Assembly: GCA_964016885.1 (NCBI GenBank)
Contig: OZ024742.1
Location: 289,540,001 to 289,604,000, forward strand
Source: Eledone cirrhosa
Lineage: Eukaryota
Length of the DNA: 64,000 bases
Reading direction: 5' to 3'
Positions 38,401 to 53,400 of the stretch are shown here, one piece after another (position 1 is the stretch's first letter; every line of letters starts with the position of its first letter). Under the pieces are notes generated by a model. The model did no database searches and was not told the origin of the DNA. It was given only the letters and a program-made list of their open reading frames with translations. A program made the translations under genes and the position numbers.

Positions 38401-41400
38401 GTGGTAATGAGACAGTGGCAGTAATTGTAGAGGATGTTATGTGGAAGTGAGACAGTGGCAGTGAATGTAGAGGATGTTATGTGGCAGTGAGACAGTGGCA
38501 GTGATTGTAGAGGATGTTATGTGGTAGTGAGACAGTGGCAGTGATTGTAGAGGATGTTATGTGGTCGTGAGACAGTGGCAGTGATTGTAGAGGTTGTTAT
38601 GTGGTAGTGAGACAGTGGCAGTGATTGTACAGCATGTTATGTGGCAGTGAGACAGTGGCAGTGATTGTAGAGGATGTTAGGTGGTAGTAAAACAGTGGCA
38701 GTGATTGTAGAGGATGTTATGTGGTAGTGAGACAGTGGCAGTGGTTGTAGAGGATGTTATGTGGCGGTGAGACTGTGGCAGTGATTGTAGAGGATGTTTT
38801 GTGGTAGTGAGACAGTGGCAGTGATTGTAAAGGATGTTATGTGGTAGTGAGACAGTGGCAGTGATTGTAGAGGATGTTATGTGGCAGTGAGACAGTGGCA
38901 GTGATTGTAGAGCATGTTATGTGGCAGTGAGACAGTGGCAGTGATTGTAGAGGATGTTATGTGGTAGTAAGACAGTGGCAGTGATTGTAGAGGATGTTAT
39001 GTGGCAGTGCGACAGGGGCAGTGATTGTAGAGGATGTTATGTGGCAGTGAGACTGTGGCAGTGATTGTAGAGGATGTTATGTGGTAGTGAGACAGTGGCA
39101 GTGATTGTAGAGGATGTTATGTGGTAGTGACACAGTGGCAGTGATTGTAGAGGATGTTATGTGGTAGTGAGACAGTGGCAGTGATTGTAGAGGATGTTAT
39201 GTGGTAGTGAGACAGTGGCAGTGATAGTAGAGGATGTTATGTGGTAGTGAGACAGTGGCAGTAATTGTAGAGGATGTTATGTGGAAGTGAGACAGTGGCA
39301 GTGAATGTAGAGGATGTTATGTGGCAGTGAGACAGTGGCAGTGATTGTAGAGGATGTTATGTGGTAGTGAGACAGTGGCAGTGATTGTAGAGGATGTTAT
39401 GTGGTCGTGAGACAGTGGCAGTGATTGTAGAGGTTGTTATGTGGTAGTGAGACAGTGGCAGTGATTGTACAGCATGTTATGTGGCAGTGAGACAGTGGCA
39501 GTGATTGTAGAGGATGTTAGGTGGTAGTAAAACAGTGGCAGTGATTGTAGAGGATGTTATGTGGTAGTGAGACAGTGGCAGTGATTGTAGAGGATGTTAT
39601 GTGGCGGTGAGACTGTGGCAGTGATTGTAGAGGATGTTATGTGGTAGTGAGACAGTGGCAGTGATTGTAAAGGATGTTATGTGGTAGTGAGACAGTGGCA
39701 GTGATTGTAGAGGATGTTATGTGGCAGTGAGACAGTGGCAGTGATTGTAGAGCATGTTATGTGGCAGTGAGACAGTGGCAGTGATTGTAGAGGATGTTAT
39801 GTGGTAGTAAGACAGTGGCAGTGATTGTAGAGGATGTTATGTGGCAGTGCGACAGGGGCAGTGATTGTAGAGGATGTTATGTGGCAGTGAGACTGTGGCA
39901 GTGATTGTAGAGGATGTTATGTGGTAGTGAGACAGTGGCAGTGATTGTAAAGGATGTTATGTGGTAGTGAGACAGTGGCAGTGATTGTAGAGGATGTTAT
40001 GTGGTAGTGAGACAGTGGCAGTGATGGTAGAGGATGTTATGTGGTAGTGAGACAGTGGCAGTGATTGTAGGGGATGTTATGTGGTAGTGAGACAGTGGCA
40101 GTGATAGTAGAGGATGTTATGTGGTAGTGAGACAGTGGCAGTGATTGTAGAGGATGTTATGTGGCAGTGAGACAGTGGCAGTGATTGTAGAGCATGTTAT
40201 GTGTCAGTGAGACAGTGGCAGTGATTGTAGAGGATGTTATGTGGTAGTGAGACAGTGGCAGTGATTGTAGAGGATGTTATGTGGTAGTGAGACAGTGGCA
40301 GTGATTGTAGAGGAGGTTATGTGGTAGTGAGACAGTGGCAGTGATTGTAGAGGATGTTATGTGGTAGTGAGACAGTGGCAGTGATTGTAGAGGATGTTAT
40401 GTGGTAGTGAGACAGTGGCAGTGATTGTAGAGGATGTTATGTGGTAGTGAGACAGTGGCAATGATTGTAGAGGATGTTATGTGGTAGTGAGACAGTGGCA
40501 GTGATTGTAGAGGATGTTATGTGGTAGTGAGACAGTGGCAGTGATTGTAGAGGAGGTTATGTGGTAGTGAGACAGTGGCAGTGATTGTAGAGGATGTTAT
40601 GTGGTAGTGAGACAGTGGCAGTGATTGTAGAGGAGGTTATGTGGTAGTGAGACAGTGGCAGTGATTGTAGAGGATGTTATGTGGCAGTGAGACAGTGGCA
40701 GTGATTGTAGAGGATATTATGTGGCAGTGAGACAGTGGCAGTGATTGTAGAGGATGTTATGTGGCAGTGAGACAGTGACAGTGATAGTAGATGTTATGTG
40801 GTAGTGAGACAGTGGCAGTGATTGTAGAGGATGTTATGTGGCAGTGAGACAGTGGCAGTGATTGTAGAGGGTGTTATGTGGTAGTGAGACAGTGGCAGTG
40901 ATTGTAGAGGATGTTATGTGGTAGTGAGACAGTGGCAGTGATTGTAGAGGATGTTATGTGGTAGTGAGCCAGTGGCAGTGATAGTAGATGTTATGTGGTA
41001 GTGAGACAGTGGCAGTGATTGAAGAGGATGTTATGTGGCAGTGAGACAGTGGCAGTGATTGTAGAGGATGTTATGTGGTAGTGAGACAGTGGCAGTGATT
41101 GTAGAGGATGTTATGTGGCAGTGAGACAGTGGCAGTGATTGTAGAGGATGTTATGTGGTAGTGAGACAGTGTCAGTGATTGTAGAGGATGTTATGTGGCA
41201 GTGAGACAGGGGCAGTGATTGTAGAGGATGTTATGTGGTAGTGAGACAGTGTCAGTGATTGTAGAGGATGTTATGTGGCAGTGAGACAGTGGCAGTGATT
41301 GTAGAGGATGTTATGTGGCAGTGAGACAGTGGCAGTGATTGTAGAGGATGTTATGTGGTAGTGACACAGTGGCAGTGATTGTAGAGGATGTTATGTGGTA

Positions 41401-44400
41401 GTGACACAGTGGCAGTGATTGTAGAGAATGTTATGTGGTAGTGAGACAGTGGCAGTGATAGTAGAGGATGTTATGTGGTAGTGAGACAGTGGCAGTAATT
41501 GTAGAGGATGTTATGTGGAAGTGAGACAGTGGCAGTGAATGTAGAGGATGTTATGTGGCAGTGAGACAGTGGCAGTGATTGTAGAGGATGTTATGTGGTA
41601 GTGAGACAGTGGCAGTGATTGTAGAGGATGTTATGTGGTAGTGAGACAGTGGCAGTGATTGTACAGCATGTTATGTGGCAGTGAGACAGTGGCAGTGATT
41701 GTAGAGGATGTTAGGTGGTAGTAAAACAGTGGCAGTGATTGTAGAGGATGTTATGTGGTAGTGAGACAGTGGCAGTGATTGTAGAGGATGTTATGTGGCG
41801 GTGAGACTGTGGCAGTGATTGTAGAGGATGTTATGTGGTAGTGAGACAGTGGCAGTGATTGTAAAGGATGTTATGTGGTAGTGAGACAGTGGCAGTGATT
41901 GTAGAGGATGTTATGTGGCAGTGAGACAGTGGCAGTGATTGTAGAGCATGTTATGTGGCAGTGAGACAGTGGCAGTGATTGTAGAGGATGTTATGTGGTA
42001 GTAAGACAGTGGCAGTGATTGTAGAGGATGTTATGTGGCAGTGCGACAGGGGCAGTGATTGTAGAGGATGTTATGTGGCAGTGAGACTGTGGCAGTGATT
42101 GTAGAGGATGTTATGTGGTAGTGAGACAGTGGCAGTGATTGTAAAGGATGTTATGTGGTAGTGAAACAGTGGCAGTGATTGTAGAGGATGTTATGTGGTA
42201 GTGAGACAGTGGCAGTGATTTTAGAGGATGTTATGTGGTAGTGAGACAGTGGCAGTGATTGTAGGGGATATTATGTGGTAGTGAGACAGTGGCAGTGATA
42301 GTAGAGGATGTTATGTGGTAGTGAGACAGTGGCAGTGATTGTAGAGGATGTTATGTGGCAGTGAGACAGTGGCAGTGATTGTAGAGCATGTTATGTGTCA
42401 GTGAGACAGTGGCAGTGATTGTAGAGGATGTTATGTGGTAGTGAGACAGTGGCAGTGATTGTAGAGGATGTTATGTGGCAGTGAGACAGTGGCAGTGATT
42501 GTAGAGGGTGTTATGTGGTAGTGAGACAGTGGCAGTGATTGTAGAGGATGTTATGTGGTAGTGAGACAGTGGCAGTGATTGTAGAGGATGTTATGTGGTA
42601 GTGAGCCAGTGGCAGTGATAGTAGATGTTATGTGGTAGTGAGACAGTGGCAGTGATTGAAGAGGATGTTATGTGGCAGTGAGACAGTGGCAGTGATTGTA
42701 GAGGATGTTATGTGGTAGTGAGACAGTGGCAGTGATTGTAGAGGATGTTATGTGGCAGTGAGACAGTGGCAGTGATTGTAGAGGATGTTATGTGGTAGTG
42801 AGACAGTGTCAGTGATTGTAGAGGATGTTATGTGGCAGTGAGACAGGGGCAGTGATTGTAGAGGATGTTATGTGGTAGTGAGACAGTGTCAGTGATTGTA
42901 GAGGATGTTATGTGGCAGTGAGACAGTGGCAGTGATTGTAGAGGATGTTATGTGGCAGTGAGACAGTGGCAGTGATTGTAGAGGATGTTATGTGGTAGTG
43001 AGACAGTGGCAGTGATTGTAGAGGATGTTATGTGGCAGTGAGACAGTGGCAGTGATTGTAGAGGATGTTATGTGGTAGTGAGACAGTGGCAGTGATTGTA
43101 GAGGATGTTATGTGGCAGTGAGACAGTGGCAGTGATTGTAGAGGATGTTATGTGGTAGTGAGACAGTGGCAGTGATTGTAGAGGATGTTATGTGGTAGTG
43201 AGACAGTGGCAGTGATTGTAGAGGATGTTATGTGGTAGGGAGACAGTGGCAGTGATTGTAGAGGATGTTATGTGGTAGTGAGACAGTGGCAGTGATTGTA
43301 GAGGATGTTATGTGGTAGTGAGACAGTGGCAGTGATTGTAGAGGATGTTATGTGGCAGTGAGACAGTGGCAGTGATTGTAGAGGATGTTATGTGGCAGTG
43401 AGACAGTGGCAGTGATTGTAGAGGATGTTATGTGGTAGTGAGACAGTGGCAGTGATTGTAGAGGATGTTATGTGGTAGTGAGACAGTGGCAGTGATTGTA
43501 GAGGATGTTATGTGGTAGTGAGACAGTGGCAGTGATTGTAGAGGAGGTTATGTGGTAGTGAGACAGTGGCAGTGATTGTAGAGGATGTTATGTGGTAGTG
43601 AGACAGTGGCAGTGATTGTAGAGGAGGTTATGTGGTAGTGAGACAGTGGCAGTGATTGTAGAGGATGTTATGTGGTAGTGAGACAGTGGCAGTGATTGTA
43701 GAGGAGGTTATGTGGTAGTGAGACAGTGGCAGTGATTGTAGAGGACGTTATGTGGTAGTGAGACAGTGGCAGTGATTGTAGAGGAGGTTATGTGGTAGTG
43801 AGACAGTGGCAGTGATTGTAGAGGATGTTATGTGGTAGTGAGACAGTGGCAGTGTTTGTAGAGGATGTTATGTGGTAGTGAGACAGTGGCAGTGATTGTA
43901 GAGGATGTTATGTGGTAGTGAGACAGTGGCAGTGATTGTAGAGGATGTTATGTGGCAGTGAGACAGTGGCAGTGATTGTAGAGGATGTTATGTGGTAGTG
44001 AGACAGTGGCAGTGATAGTAGAGGATGTTATATGGCAGTGAGACAGTGGCAGTGATTGTAGAGGATGTTATGTGGCAGTGAGACAGTGGCAGTGATTGTA
44101 GAGGATGTTATGTGGCAGTGAGACAGTGGCAGTGATTGTAGAGGATGTTATGTGGTAGTAAGACAGTGGCAGTGATTGTAGAGGATGTTATGTGGCAGTG
44201 AGACAGTGGCAGTGATTGTAGAGGATGTTATGTGGTAGTGAGACAGTGGCAGTGTTTGTAAAGGATGTTATGTGGTAGTGAGACAGTGGCAGTGATTGTA
44301 GAGGATGTTATGTGGCACTGAGACAGTGGCAGTGATTGTAGAGGATGTTATGTGGTAGTGAGAGAGTGGCAGTGATTGTAGAGGATGTTATGTGGCAGTG

Positions 44401-47400
44401 AGACAGTGGCAGTGATTGTAGAGGATGTTATGTGGCAGTGAGACAGTGGCAGTGATTGTAGAGGATGTTATGTGGCAGTGAGACAGTGGCAGTGATTGTA
44501 GAGGATGTTATGTGGCAGTGAGACAGTGGCAGTGATTGTAGAGGATGTTATGTGGTAGTGAGACAGTGGCAGTGATTGTAGAGGATGTTATGTGGTAGTG
44601 ACACAGTGGCAGTGATTGTAGAGGATGTTATGTGGTAGTGAGACAGTGGCAGTGATTGTAGAGGATGTTATGTGGTAGTGAGACAGTGGCAGTGATAGTA
44701 GAGGATGTTATGTGGTAGTGAGACAGTGGCAGTAATTGTAGAGGATGTTATGTGGAAGTGAGACAGTGGCAGTGAATGTAGAGGATGTTATGTGGCAGTG
44801 AGACAGTGGCAGTGATTGTAGAGGATGTTATGTGGTAGTGAGACAGTGGCAGTGATTGTAGAGGATGTTATGTGGTCGTGAGACAGTGGCAGTGATTGTA
44901 GAGGTTGTTATGTGGTAGTGAGACAGTGGCAGTGATTGTACAGCATGTTATGTGGCAGTGAGACAGTGGCAGTGATTGTAGAGGATGTTAGGTGGTAGTA
45001 AAACAGTGGCAGTGATTGTAGAGGATGTTATGTGGTAGTGAGACAGTGGCAGTGATTGTAGAGGATGTTATGTGGCGGTGAGACTGTGGCAGTGATTGTA
45101 GAGGATGTTATGTGGTAGTGAGACAGTGGCAGTGATTGTAAAGGATGTTATGTGGTAGTGAGACAGTGGCAGTGATTGTAGAGGATGTTATGTGGCAGTG
45201 AGACAGTGGCAGTGATTGTAGAGGAGGTTATGTGGTAGTGAGACAGTGGCAGTGATTGTAGAGGATGTTATGTGGTAGTGAGACAGTGGCAGTGATTGTA
45301 GAGGAGGTTATGTGGTAGTGAGACAGTGGCAGTGATTGTAGAGGGTGTTATGTGGTAGTGAGACAGTGGCAGTGATTGTAGAGGATGTTATGTGGTAGTG
45401 AGACAGTGGCAGTGATTGTAGAGGATGTTATGTGGTAGTGAGCCAGTGGCAGTGATAGTAGATGTTATGTGGTAGTGAGACAGTGGCAGTGATTGAAGAG
45501 GATGTTATGTGGCAGTGAGACAGTGGCAGTGATTGTAGAGGATGTTATGTGGTAGTGAGACAGTGGCAGTGATTGTAGAGGATGTTATGTGGCAGTGAGA
45601 CAGTGGCAGTGATTGTAGAGGATGTTATGTGGTAGTGAGACAGTGTCAGTGATTGTAGAGGATGTTATGTGGCAGTGAGACAGGGGCAGTGATTGTAGAG
45701 GATGTTATGTGGTAGTGAGACAGTGTCAGTGATTGTAGAGGATGTTATGTGGCAGTGAGACAGTGGCAGTGATTGTAGAGGATGTTATGTGGCAGTGAGA
45801 CAGTGGCAGTGATTGTAGAGGATGTTATGTGGTAGTGACACAGTGGCAGTGATTGTAGAGGATGTTATGTGGTAGTGACACAGTGGCAGTGATTGTAGAG
45901 AATGTTATGTGGTAGTGAGACAGTGGCAGTGATAGTAGAGGATGTTATGTGGTAGTGAGACAGTGGCAGTAATTGTAGAGGATGTTATGTGGAAGTGAGA
46001 CAGTGGCAGTGAATGTAGAGGATGTTATGTGGCAGTGAGACAGTGGCAGTGATTGTAGAGGATGTTATGTGGTAGTGAGACAGTGGCAGTGATTGTAGAG
46101 GATGTTATGTGGTCGTGAGACAGTGGCAGTGATTGTAGAGGTTGTTATGTGGTAGTGAGACAGTGGCAGTGATTGTACAGCATGTTATGTGGCAGTGAGA
46201 CAGTGGCAGTGATTGTAGAGGATGTTAGGTGGTAGTAAAACAGTGGCAGTGATTGTAGAGGATGTTATGTGGTAGTGAGACAGTGGCAGTGATTGTAGAG
46301 GATGTTATGTGGCGGTGAGACTGTGGCAGTGATTGTAGAGGATGTTATGTGGTAGTGAGACAGTGGCAGTGATTGTAAAGGATGTTATGTGGTAGTGAGA
46401 CAGTGGCAGTGATTGTAGAGGATGTTATGTGGTAGTGAGACAGTGGCAGTGATTGTAAAGGATGTTATGTGGTAGTGAGACAGTAGCAGTGATTGTAGAG
46501 GATGTTATGTGGCAGTGATTGTAGAGCATGTTATGTGGCAGTGAGACAGTGGCAGTGATTGTAGAGGATGTTATGTGGTAGTAAGACAGTGGCAGTGATT
46601 GTAGAGGATGTTATGTGGCAGTGCGACAGGGGCAGTGATTGTAGAGGATGTTATGTGGCAGTGAGACTGTGGCAGTGATTGTAGAGGATGTTATGTGGTA
46701 GTGAGACAGTGGCAGTGATTGTAGAGGATGTTATGTGGTAGTGAGACAGTGGCAGTGATTGTAGAGCATGTTATGTGGCAGTGAGACAGTGGCAGTGATT
46801 GTAGAGGATGTTATGTGGTAGTGAGACAGTGGCAGTGATTGTAAAGGATGTTATGTGGTAGTGAAACAGTGGCAGTGATTGTAGAGGATGTTATGTGGTA
46901 GTGAGACAGTGGCAGTGATTGTAGAGGATGTTATGTGGTAGTGAGACAGTGGCAGTGATTGTAGGGGATATTATGTGGTAGTGAGACAGTGGCAGTGATA
47001 GTAGAGGATGTTATGTGGTAGTGAGACAGTGGCAGTGATTGTAGAGGATGTTATGTGGCAGTGAGACAGTGGCAGTGATTGTAGAGCATGTTATGTGTCA
47101 GTGAGACAGTGGCAGTGATTGTAGAGGATGTTATGTGGTAGTGAGACAGTGGCAGTGATTGTAGAGGATGTTATGTGGCAGTGAGACAGTGGCAGTGATT
47201 GTAGAGGGTGTTATGTGGTAGTGAGACAGTGGCAGTGATTGTAGAGGATGTTATGTGGTAGTGAGACAGTGGCAGTGATTGTAGAGGATGTTATGTGGTA
47301 GTGAGCCAGTGGCAGTGATAGTAGATGTTATGTGGTAGTGAGACAGTGGCAGTGATTGAAGAGGATGTTATGTGGCAGTGAGACAGTGGCAGTGATTGTA

Positions 47401-50400
47401 GAGGATGTTATGTGGTAGTGAGACAGTGGCAGTGATTGTAGAGGATGTTATGTGGCAGTGAGACAGTGGCAGTGATTGTAGAGGATGTTATGTGGTAGTG
47501 AGACAGTGTCAGTGATTGTAGAGGATGTTATGTGGCAGTGAGACAGGGGCAGTGATTGTAGAGGATGTTATGTGGTAGTGAGACAGTGTCAGTGATTGTA
47601 GAGGATGTTATGTGGCAGTGAGACAGTGGCAGTGATTGTAGAGGATGTTATGTGGCAGTGAGACAGTGGCAGTGATTGTAGAGGATGTTATGTGGTAGTG
47701 AGACAGTGGCAGTGATTGTAGAGGATGTTATGTGGCAGTGAGACAGTGGCAGTGATTGTAGAGGATGTTATGTGGTAGTGAGACAGTGGCAGTGATTGTA
47801 GAGGATGTTATGTGGCAGTGAGACAGTGGCAGTGATTGTAGAGGATGTTATGTGGTAGTGAGACAGTGGCAGTGATTGTAGAGGATGTTATGTGGTAGTG
47901 AGACAGTGGCAGTGATTGTAGAGGATGTTATGTGGTAGGGAGACAGTGGCAGTGATTGTAGAGGATGTTATGTGGTAGTGAGACAGTGGCAGTGATTGTA
48001 GAGGATGTTATGTGGTAGTGAGACAGTGGCAGTGATTGTAGAGGATGTTATGTGGCAGTGAGACAGTGGCAGTGATTGTAGAGGATGTTATGTGGCAGTG
48101 AGACAGTGGCAGTGATTGTAGAGGATGTTATGTGGTTGTGAGACAGTGGCAGTGATTGTAGAGGATGTTATGTGGTAGTGAGACAGTGGCAGTGATTGTA
48201 GAGGATGTTATGTGGTAGTGAGACAGTGGCAGTGATTGTAGAGGAGGTTATGTGGTAGTGAGACAGTGGCAGTGATTGTAGAGGATGTTATGTGGTAGTG
48301 AGACAGTGGCAGTGATTGTAGAGGAGGTTATGTGGTAGTGAGACAGTGGCAGTGATTGTAGAGGATGTTATGTGGTAGTGAGACAGTGGCAGTGATTGTA
48401 GAGGAGGTTATGTGGTAGTGAGACAGTGGCAGTGATTGTAGAGGACGTTATGTGGTAGTGAGACAGTGGCAGTGATTGTAGAGGAGGTTATGTGGTAGTG
48501 AGACAGTGGCAGTGATTGTAGAGGATGTTATGTGGTAGTGAGACAGTGGCAGTGTTTGTAGAGGATGTTATGTGGTAGTGAGACAGTGGCAGTGATTGTA
48601 GAGGATGTTATGTGGTAGTGAGACAGTGGCAGTGATTGTAGAGGATGTTATGTGGCAGTGAGACAGTGGCAGTGATTGTAGAGGATGTTATGTGGTAGTG
48701 AGACAGTGGCAGTGATAGTAGAGGATGTTATATGGCAGTGAGACAGTGGCAGTGATTGTAGAGGATGTTATGTGGCAGTGAGACAGTGGCAGTGATTGTA
48801 GAGGATGTTATGTGGCAGTGAGACAGTGGCAGTGATTGTAGAGGATGTTATGTGGTAGTGAGACAGTGGCAGTGTTTGTAAAGGATGTTATGTGGTAGTG
48901 AGACAGTGGCAGTGATTGTAGAGGATGTTATGTGGCAATGAGACAGTGGCAGTGATTGTAGAGGATGTTATGTGGTAGTGAGAGAGTGGCAGTGATTGTA
49001 GAGGATGTTATGTGGCAGTGAGACAGTGGCAGTGATTGTAGAGGATGTTATGTGGCAGTGAGACAGTGGCAGTGATTGTAGAGGATGTTATGTGGCAGTG
49101 AGACAGTGGCAGTGATTGTAGAGGATGTTATGTGGCAGTGAGACAGTGGCAGTGATTGTAGAGGATGTTATGTGGTAGTGAGACAGTGGCAGTGATTGTA
49201 GAGGATGTTATGTGGTAGTGACACAGTGGCAGTGATTGTAGAGGATGTTATGTGGTAGTGAGACAGTGGCAGTGATTGTAGAGGATGTTATGTGGTAGTG
49301 AGACAGTGGCAGTGATAGTAGAGGATGTTATGTGGTAGTGAGACAGTGGCAGTAATTGTAGAGGATGTTATGTGGAAGTGAGACAGTGGCAGTGAATGTA
49401 GAGGATGTTATGTGGCAGTGAGACAGTGGCAGTGATTGTAGAGGATGTTATGTGGTAGTGAGACAGTGGCAGTGATTGTAGAGGATGTTATGTGGTCGTG
49501 AGACAGTGGCAGTGATTGTAGAGGTTGTTATGTGGTAGTGAGACAGTGGCAGTGATTGTACAGCATGTTATGTGGCAGTGAGACAGTGGCAGTGATTGTA
49601 GAGGATGTTAGGTGGTAGTAAAACAGTGGCAGTGATTGTAGAGGATGTTATGTGGTAGTGAGACAGTGGCAGTGATTGTAGAGGATGTTATGTGGCGGTA
49701 AGACTGTGGCAGTGATTGTAGAGGATGTTATGTGGTAGTGAGACAGTGGCAGTGATTGTAAAGGATGTTATGTGGTAGTGAGACAGTGGCAGTGATTGTA
49801 GAGGATGTTATGTGGCAGTGAGACAGTGGCAGTGATTGTAGAGCATGTTATGTGGCAGTGAGACAGTGGCAGTGATTGTAGAGGATGTTATGTGGTAGTA
49901 AGACAGTGGCAGTGATTGTAGAGGATGTTATGTGGCAGTGCGACAGGGGCAGTGATTGTAGAGGATGTTATGTGGCAGTGAGACTGTGACAGTGATTGTA
50001 GAGGATGTTATGTGGTAGTGAGACAGTGGCAGTGATTGTAAAGGATGTTATGTGGTAGTGAAACAGTGGCAGTGATTGTAGAGGATGTTATGTGGTAGTG
50101 AGACAGTGGCAGTGATTGTAGAGGATGTTATGTGGTAGTGAGACAGTGGCAGTGATTGTAGGGGATATTATGTGGTAGTGAGACAGTGGCAGTGATAGTA
50201 GAGGATGTTATGTGGTAGTGAGACAGTGGCAGTGATTGTAGAGGATGTTATGTGGCAGTGAGACAGTGGCAGTGATTGTAGAGCATGTTATGTGTCAGTG
50301 AGACAGTGGCAGTGATTGTAGAGGATGTTATGTGGTAGTGAGACAGTGGCAGTGATTGTAGAGGATGTTATGTGGCAGTGAGACAGTGGCAGTGATTGTA

Positions 50401-53400
50401 TAGGATGTTATGTGGCAGTGAGACAGTGGCAGTGACTGTAGAGGATGTTATGTGGTAGTGAGACAGTGGCAGTGATTGTAGAGGATGTTATGTGGTAGTG
50501 AGACAGTGGCAGTGATAGTAGAGGATGTTATGTGGTAGTGAGACAGTGGCAGTAATTGTAGAGGATGTTATGTGATTGTGAGACAGTGGCAGTGATTGTA
50601 GAGGATGTTATGTGGTAGTGAGACAGTGGCAGTGATTGTAGAGGATGTTATGTGGCAGTGAGACAGTGGCAGTGATTGTAGAGGATGTTATGTGGCAGTG
50701 AGACAGTGGCAGTGATTGTAGAGGATGTTTTGTGGCAGTGAGACAGTGGCAGTGATTGTAGAGGATGTTATGTGGTAGTGAGACAGTGGCAGTGATTGTA
50801 GAGGATGTTATGTGGTAGTGTGACAGTGGCAGTGATTGTAGAGGATGTTATGTGGTAGTGAGACAGTGGCAGTGATTGTAGAGGATGTTATGTGGCAGTG
50901 AGACAGTGGCAGTGATTGTAGAGGATGTTATGTGGCAGTGAGACAGTGGCAGTGATTGTAGAGGATGTTATGTGGTAGTGAGACAGTGGCAGTGATTGTA
51001 GAGGATGTTATGCGGTAGTGAAACTGTGGCAGTGATTGTAGAGGATGTTATGTGGTAGTGAGACAGTGGCAGTGATTGTAGAGGATGTTATGTGGTAGTG
51101 AGACAGTGGCAGTGATTGTAGAGGATGTTATGTGGTAGTGAGACAGTGGCAGTGATTGTAGAGGATGTTATGTGGTAGTGAGACAGTGGCAGTGATAGTA
51201 GAGGATGTTATGTGGTAGTGAGACAGTGGCAGTAATTGTAGAGGATGTTATGTGATAGTGAGACAGTGGCAGTGATTGTAGAGGATGTTATGTGGTAGTG
51301 AGACAGTGGTAGTGATTGTAGAGGATGTTATGTGGCAGTGAGACAGTGGCAGTGATTGTAGAGGATGTTATGTGTCAGTGAGACAGTGGCAGTGATTGTA
51401 GAGGATGTTATGTGGTAGTGAGACAGTGGCAGTGATTGTAGAGGATGTTATGTGGCAGTGAGACAGTGGCAGTGATTGTAGAGGATGTTATGTGGTAGTG
51501 AGACTGTGGCAGTGATTGTAGAGGATGTTATGTGGTAGTGAGACAGTGGCAGTGATTGTAGAGGATGTTATGTGGTAGTGAGACAGTGGCAGTGATTGTA
51601 GAGGATGTTATGTGGTAATGAGACAGTGGCAGTGATTGTAGAGGATGTTATGTGGCAGTGAGACAGTGGCAGTGATTGTAGAGGATGTTATGTGGTAGTG
51701 AGACAGAGGCAGTGATTGTAGAGGATGTTATGTGGTAGTGAGACAGTGGCAGTGATTGTAGAGGATGTTATGTGGTAGTGAGACAGTGGCAGTGATTGTA
51801 AAGGATGTTATGTGGCAGTGATTGTAGAGGATGTTATGTGGTAGTGAGACAGTGGCAGTGATAGTAGAGGATGTTATGTGGTAGTGAGACAGTGGCAGTG
51901 ATTGTAGAGGATGTTATGTGGTAGTGAGACAGTGGCAGTGATTGTAGAGGATGTTATGTGGTAGTGAGACAGTGGCAGTGATTGTAGAGGATGTTATGTG
52001 GCAGTGAGACAGTGGCAGTTATTGTAGAGGATGTTATGTGGTAGTGAGACAGTGGCAGTGATTGTAGAGGATGTTATGTGGCAGTGAGACAGTGGCAGTG
52101 AGACAGTGGCAGTGATTGTAGAGGATGTTATGTGGCAGTGAGACAGTGGCAGTGATTGTAGAGGATTTTATGTGGTAGTGAGACAGTTGCAGTGATTGTA
52201 GAGGATGTTATGTGGCAGTGAGACAGTGGCAGTGATTGTAGAGCATGTTATGTGGCAGTGAGACGGTGGCAGTGATTGTAGAGGATGTTATGTGGTAGTG
52301 AGACAGTGGCAGTGATTGTAGAGGATGTTATGTGGTAGTGAGACAGTGGCAGTGATTGTAGAGGATGTTATGTGGTAGTGAGACAGTGGCAGTGATTGTA
52401 GAGGTTGTTATGTGGTAGTGAGACAGTGGCAGTGATTGTAGAGGATGTTATGTGGTAGTGAGACAGTGGCAGTGATTGTAGGGGATGTTATGTGGTAGTG
52501 AGACAGTGGCAGTGATAGTAGAGGATGTTATGTGGTAGTGAGACAGTGGCAGTGATTGTAGAGGATGTTATGTGGTAGTGAGACAGTGGCAGTGATTGTA
52601 GAGGATGTTATGTGGCAGTGAGACAGTGGGAGTGATTGTAGAGGATGTTATGTGGCAGTGAGACAGTGGCAGTGATTGTAGAGGATGTTATGTGGCAGTG
52701 AGACAGTGGCAGTGATTGTAAAGGATGTTATGTGGTAGTGAGACAGTGGCAGTGATTGTAGAGGATGTTATGTGGCACTGAGACAGTGGCAGTGATTGTA
52801 GAGGATGTTATGTGGTAGTGAGACAGTGGCAGTGATTGTAGAGGATGTTATGTGGCAGTGAGACAGTGGCAGTGATTGTAGAGGATGTTATGTGGCAGTG
52901 AGACAGTGGCAGTGATTGTAGAGGATGTTATGTGGCAGTGAGACAGTGGCAGTGATTGTAGAGGATGTTATGTGGCAGTGAGACAGTGGCAGTGATTGTA
53001 GAGGATGTTATGTGGTAGTGAGACAGTGGCAGTGATTGTAGAGGATGTTATGTGGTAGTGACACAGTGGCAGTGATTGTAGAGGATGTTATGTGGTAGTG
53101 AGACAGTGGCAGTGATTGTAGAGGATGTTATGTGGTAGTGACACAGTGGCAGTGATTGTAGAGGATGTTATGTGGTAGTGAGACAGTGGCAGTGATTGTA
53201 GAGGATGTTATGTGGTAGTGAGACAGTGGCAGTGATTATAGAGGATGTTATGTGATAGTGAGACAATGGCAGTGATAATAGAGGATGTTATGTGGTAGTG
53301 AGACAGTGGCAGTGATTGTAGAGGATGTTATGTGGTAGTGAGACAGTGGCAGTGATTGTAGAGGATGTTATGTGGCAGTGAGACAGTGGCAGTGATTGTA

